Shown: one piece after another, positions 60,509-64,000 of the stretch | How positions within the stretch are numbered: position 1 is the first letter of the stretch | Layout: every line of letters begins with the position of its first letter | Assembly (NCBI GenBank): GCA_043803945.1 | Contig: JAZDJN010000035.1 | Span: 58,324-122,323 of the forward strand | Source: a bacterium | Lineage (GTDB): Bacteria; Bacteroidota; Ignavibacteria; UBA10030 | Length of the DNA: 64,000 nucleotides | Direction: 5' to 3' | The notes under the pieces: generated by a model | Database searches by the model: none | What the model was told of the DNA's origin: nothing | What the model saw: only the letters and a program-made list of their open reading frames with translations | Translations under genes and position numbers: made by a program

Positions 60509-61658
60509 TTGCCTCCTCCACGAACACCTCTGCGTAGCGCTTGCTCCAATCATCAAGGCGCATTGGCATAATCAAGATCAACAGCTTCTCCTTGACTTCT
60601 TCGTTGGGGCGAATTACGATTGCACTTGTTGCCTGACCAGTAGCGAACGACATTGCGAGGCTTGGTGTATCAATGACGCTTAGGGCAGTGTCTAACAACC
60701 TGGCGTTCACGCAGACCAGTACATTGTGTTCAAGGTGTCCATTGTCCGATGGAAACCAATGCGACGCTTGGCCACCGAAATCTTCATCCTGCGACTTACC
60801 CAAAACTTTCCCCTGACTGACATACAGTTCGATGGACTTTGAATGACTTGAGGAATATATCTCGCAAATACGACGCAGGCTGTTGATCTCATTTCGTCCG
60901 ACAACGACGGTGTTCTCTGCAGCCTTCACATGAGTATCGATCATCTCTCCCACTTCCGGGAAGCCAGCTTGATTGCGAACAGCTTCAAACCTGCCTTCTT
61001 CGAAGGTAAATCCAAAGACATTTTCGGTCGAGTACAGATGATAGTCCACACCGGTCAACCCAGCAATCAGTGAACATGAATACTTCGGAATATCAATCAA
61101 TATCTTAGCTCCAACTTCAGTCTCACAATCGAATCGACATAAGAGATGTCCATTTGAAGCGATAAACCGTATACCGTTCTCGATAGATACTATCCGAATG
61201 TTTGTCAACATCTCCCTCGTTGAATCTTCTTCTGCAAAAAGAGATGTTTTCTGAAGCGCGCGGCGAAACAGACTCCCTGATACGGCGGTGGTCACCAATT
61301 CCTTCAAATCTAAAAATTCAATTTCCTTCTCAGGTGTGCCACCCTTAACCTTATATTTCTTAGCTTCTTGGACAACAACCAACGCCCCCTCTTCGATAGT
61401 AATTGAAACATCACCATTCAGGCTTTTCATGGTGTTGAACAAAATCGAATGTTCAACTACTATCGAACCTTTCCCTTTCCCAGTTCCTTGCATCGTGCGT
61501 GACAGCTTCACTATCGAATTATCTCCAGTGATAACCAACCTGTTCTTGTCAATCGTAACAGTAATAGCTGCACCCTGAAGTGCGTTACTCTTAACAAACT
61601 GGAAACTCTTTAGTATGCCTGCAAATACTCGAACGTCAACAGTGATACTCGTTGCCAT
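60498..61658 (-). CDS. dnaN: DNA polymerase III beta sliding-clamp homolog, element-encoded
   Basis: 386 aa; STREMLTNI, FIASNGHLL, NARLLDTAL and LIMPMRL match clamp motifs (ATDGHRL, NxxYLxDxL, LxMPxR). Confidence 0.8.
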   Translation of the reverse strand: MATSITVDVRVFAGILKSFQFVKSNALQGAAITVTIDKNRLVITGDNSIVKLSRTMQGTGKGKGSIVVEHSILFNTMKSLNGDVSITIEEGALVVVQEAKKYKVKGGTPEKEIEFLDLKELVTTAVSGSLFRRALQKTSLFAEEDSTREMLTNIRIVSIENGIRFIASNGHLLCRFDCETEVGAKILIDIPKYSCSLIAGLTGVDYHLYSTENVFGFTFEEGRFEAVRNQAGFPEVGEMIDTHVKAAENTVVVGRNEINSLRRICEIYSSSHSKSIELYVSQGKVLGKSQDEDFGGQASHWFPSDNGHLEHNVLVCVNARLLDTALSVIDTPSLAMSFATGQATSAIVIRPNEEVKEKLLILIMPMRLDDWSKRYAEVFVEEANEI

Positions 61659-61734
61659 AGGCTTTTCCCATTCAAGCTGTGATATATGAAGTGCAGGACG
61701 CAGGTTGTTATACCGACATCCTGCACTCAGTTAA

Positions 61735-62304
61735 TTAGAACGGCAGATCATCATCCCTTCTGCCTCCTGCTGCCGCTGGGACATGAACTGTCGCACCACT
61801 CCGTCCAGGACCACCGACCCTTGCTCCTGCCGGCTGGGCTGGCTGGAGGGACTTTCCAGGAACCAGTTTTGCCCGAGTTGATGCTGAGACATCAATCTGG
61901 TCGTTCTTGGCGGCGTTGATCTCGCTCAAGAACAACTTGTCGACCTTGACGCCTTTGCCTGAGCCGTCATTCTTGTCATACTTGATCACCAGCACTCTGA
62001 GGTATCGACCGATGAATTTTTCTTCATCGATATTGCGTCCAGTTGCGAAGGTGTTGACAAGATCCATGAACCCACGAAAATACGGAAGCGCATTCGGATG
62101 CAGCGACCGTGATCCGTATACCGATGCGCCCATAGCTGTACCCTCGACCACCTTGAATTTGAAATTCAGGTTCGGAAATCCCGAAGATGCAGTCTTCGGC
62201 TCAACGGCATCAATCCTTACTTCATAAAAGCCCGGTTCAACTTTTACTCCAGCACCGGGATCCCAGCTTTCCAGTTCTTCGACTGGTTGTTCTAACTCTA
62301 CCAT
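61735..62304 (-). CDS. Phage single-stranded DNA-binding protein (DUF669-like)
   Basis: PGFYEVRI..VE.KT.SSG.P.L.FKF; acidic tail DDDLPF. Confidence 0.75.
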   Translation of the reverse strand: MVELEQPVEELESWDPGAGVKVEPGFYEVRIDAVEPKTASSGFPNLNFKFKVVEGTAMGASVYGSRSLHPNALPYFRGFMDLVNTFATGRNIDEEKFIGRYLRVLVIKYDKNDGSGKGVKVDKLFLSEINAAKNDQIDVSASTRAKLVPGKSLQPAQPAGARVGGPGRSGATVHVPAAAGGRRDDDLPF

Positions 62305-62345
62305 AACGAGTGTCTCCTTATTACTGCGGTATATTAAATAGTGAA

Positions 62346-63152
62346 TTAATTCTTCTGTGCTTTCCTCTGTGCAATGACACCATTCGGACCTAAGAAGTGT
62401 TCGATAATCTTCTCTGCCCTTGCTCGTGTCATCGTAGTCTGCATCGACTCATACACCCCGTCCCACTCAGACTTGAGGATACATCCTGCCGTAACATACT
62501 CTTGAACGAGTATATGAGAATCGATTTTTTCGATCTGCTCGGGTGTTGCGAGAGCCTTTATCTCCTCCGCCTCCGATACTCTGAACTTCTCACCATCTTC
62601 AAATTCCCACATCTCTTCGATGGTTGGCAAACCGATATTGAATGCCAATCGATACGTTCTGCCACGCGCTCTCTTCTGCGCCATCTCCGGCAGCCACAAC
62701 TGCATCGTAGACATCTTGACGTTCGCCTTGCTTGCCCTGCCCCAACCAACAAACGGCAGCTTTCGATTCTTCAAAAAAACTTCACACCTCCACAAATACT
62801 CATCATCAGGTGGTTCGTGTGGAAAATAGAAGTCCGTCCGTTCCTGGGTAGTAGCCGGCCTGCAAATCTCTCCATCGAAATCTGAATCTTCATTCGCTTT
62901 CCGCTGGAGAGCGGATACTGTCGGATAAGGCTTGTCACCAAGAACAACCAACTCGCCAAGAAATGGATCAAGACCATAGGCAATGCTAATCCTTGCCATC
63001 TGGTAAGCCATCTTTGACGTAAGTGTCCCGCTCCAATTTTGAACGATCTCCAGCCGTTTCGATTCAACAATCCGCTGGTCAACCTTAATCGGCAGCGAGT
63101 CTCCTTCTACAACTTGAACAGCCTGTGATCCTTGTTCACTCAACTGAATCAC
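62346..63152 (-). CDS. Phage ssDNA-annealing recombinase (RecT/Bet-like)
   Basis: YGLDPFLGEL and EMAQKRARGRTYRLAF; adjacent to SSB; GGAGG RBS overlapping or near the start. Confidence 0.65.
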   Translation of the reverse strand: MIQLSEQGSQAVQVVEGDSLPIKVDQRIVESKRLEIVQNWSGTLTSKMAYQMARISIAYGLDPFLGELVVLGDKPYPTVSALQRKANEDSDFDGEICRPATTQERTDFYFPHEPPDDEYLWRCEVFLKNRKLPFVGWGRASKANVKMSTMQLWLPEMAQKRARGRTYRLAFNIGLPTIEEMWEFEDGEKFRVSEAEEIKALATPEQIEKIDSHILVQEYVTAGCILKSEWDGVYESMQTTMTRARAEKIIEHFLGPNGVIAQRKAQKN

Positions 63153-63209
63153 CTCCTATCTTGTTCAATATATTGAATCTCTTAACCAAATAAATACACC
63201 AACTCGATT

Positions 63210-63227
63210 TGTCTCACCGGAGAGACA
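63210..63227. promoter_or_regulatory. parS-like palindrome, copy 5 (upstream of the early operon)
   Basis: TGTCTCACCGGAGAGACA, one mismatch. Confidence 0.65.
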
Positions 63228-64000
63228 TCCTCAGCCGTTGGTGTGTTGAACTATTTAAAACATAGCGAGTAAATAATGAGATGTCAATGGGTGACTGCTG
63301 TTGCCGAGCCTCTTTCTCAATTCCACTACTTTACACTGATGTTTGATACCATCGATCTCAGGTGTTCCGGCAATGCCTTCGCATATACCCATGGTCGTCT
63401 CGGTATTCTTATGACCAAGCGCATCCTAACAACAGAATTGGCAAACGCGCTAGCTTCAGGAGCGGGTGAAAATCTTTGAAATCCTTAGCAAATCTTTATA
63501 AAATTCTCCCCCTGTTACCAAATTGTAACATCGCAATTACAATTTCTAATGGCTCTTTTGTTAAGTTTGCTTTCTTCGTTGGATTAGTAATGACCTGAAT
63601 ATCGGGCTACATCATTTCTATTTCCAAAAAGCCACATACGAAACATTTAAAAAAAAATCTGCAGACCGAATGTTGCCCTCCTGGGTTGAGAGTAATCCAT
63701 TTCTTTCTTAGAGAACAAACCGCCTCTGGAAGCCTTATAAGCATATTTCGCCCATCCCGATAACGGAATTTTTCCTCCAAGCTATTCTCGGTTCAAATAA
63801 CTGCTGCATGGTTGTATGGTTTAAGTTGGAATTTTAGCTCGGATGGACTTTTGAAGAGGGACTGATTGACGACATTTAGAGATACTCCTTGGCGACAATT
63901 AGAATTACCCACCTCGCAGCCTGAAAAGGCAGTATACTATTTGACCACAATCAGGAGTCAGGTCGAATGGTATCAGACAGAAAAGTAAGGAGGCTGCGAC

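Noticed and set aside
60498-61658. Chromosomal dnaA-dnaN origin region
   Set aside because: No dnaA, recF or gyrB; neighbours are phage SSB, recombinase, initiator and loader.
61690-61727. Inverted repeat AGTGCAGGA/TCCTGCACT between SSB and clamp genes
   Set aside because: No U-tract and a single occurrence; possibly an mRNA-stabilising hairpin, insufficient evidence.
63276-64000. Repressor or integrase expected at the right end
   Set aside because: Only short ORFs without HTH or recombinase motifs; an open plus-strand frame from about 63867 is cut by the window edge.

Overview
Nearly all real genes lie on the minus strand and, read right to left, form a phage/prophage-like element. The order is: recombinase, SSB, beta-clamp, initiator, DnaC-like loader and intein-split UvrD helicase (63.2-56 kb); SLT, nucleases and an adenine-MTase/SNF2 fusion (56-48 kb); a biosynthetic modification cluster (SAM-MTase, PurD-like ATP-grasp, two GNAT-like paralogs, WbqC, PIG-L deacetylase, glycosyltransferase) running into ParB, TerS and TerL (48-36.9 kb); then portal and fibre genes, including a 4423-aa Gly/Ser/Val/Cys repeat protein (26.7-8.2 kb). 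Two cargo blocks interrupt or flank it. One holds T9SS-type secreted proteins plus IS481 and an IS21 remnant between terL and portal, pointing to an FCB-group (Ignavibacteria/Calditrichota/KSB1-like) host. The other is a 2005-aa STAND-like NTPase with a partner gene at the left end. No capsid, tail tube, tape-measure or integrase gene was recognised. The best novelty candidates are: (1) a parS-like palindrome TGTCTCACCGGTGAGACA repeated five times at 7.5-16 kb intervals, mostly inside coding sequence; (2) the ParB/terminase-linked aminosugar-aminoacylation cluster, a possible site-guided DNA or virion hypermodification system; (3) the giant fibre; (4) a non-coding element duplicated upstream of both cargo blocks. 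All protein calls come from motif recognition by eye, not database searches.
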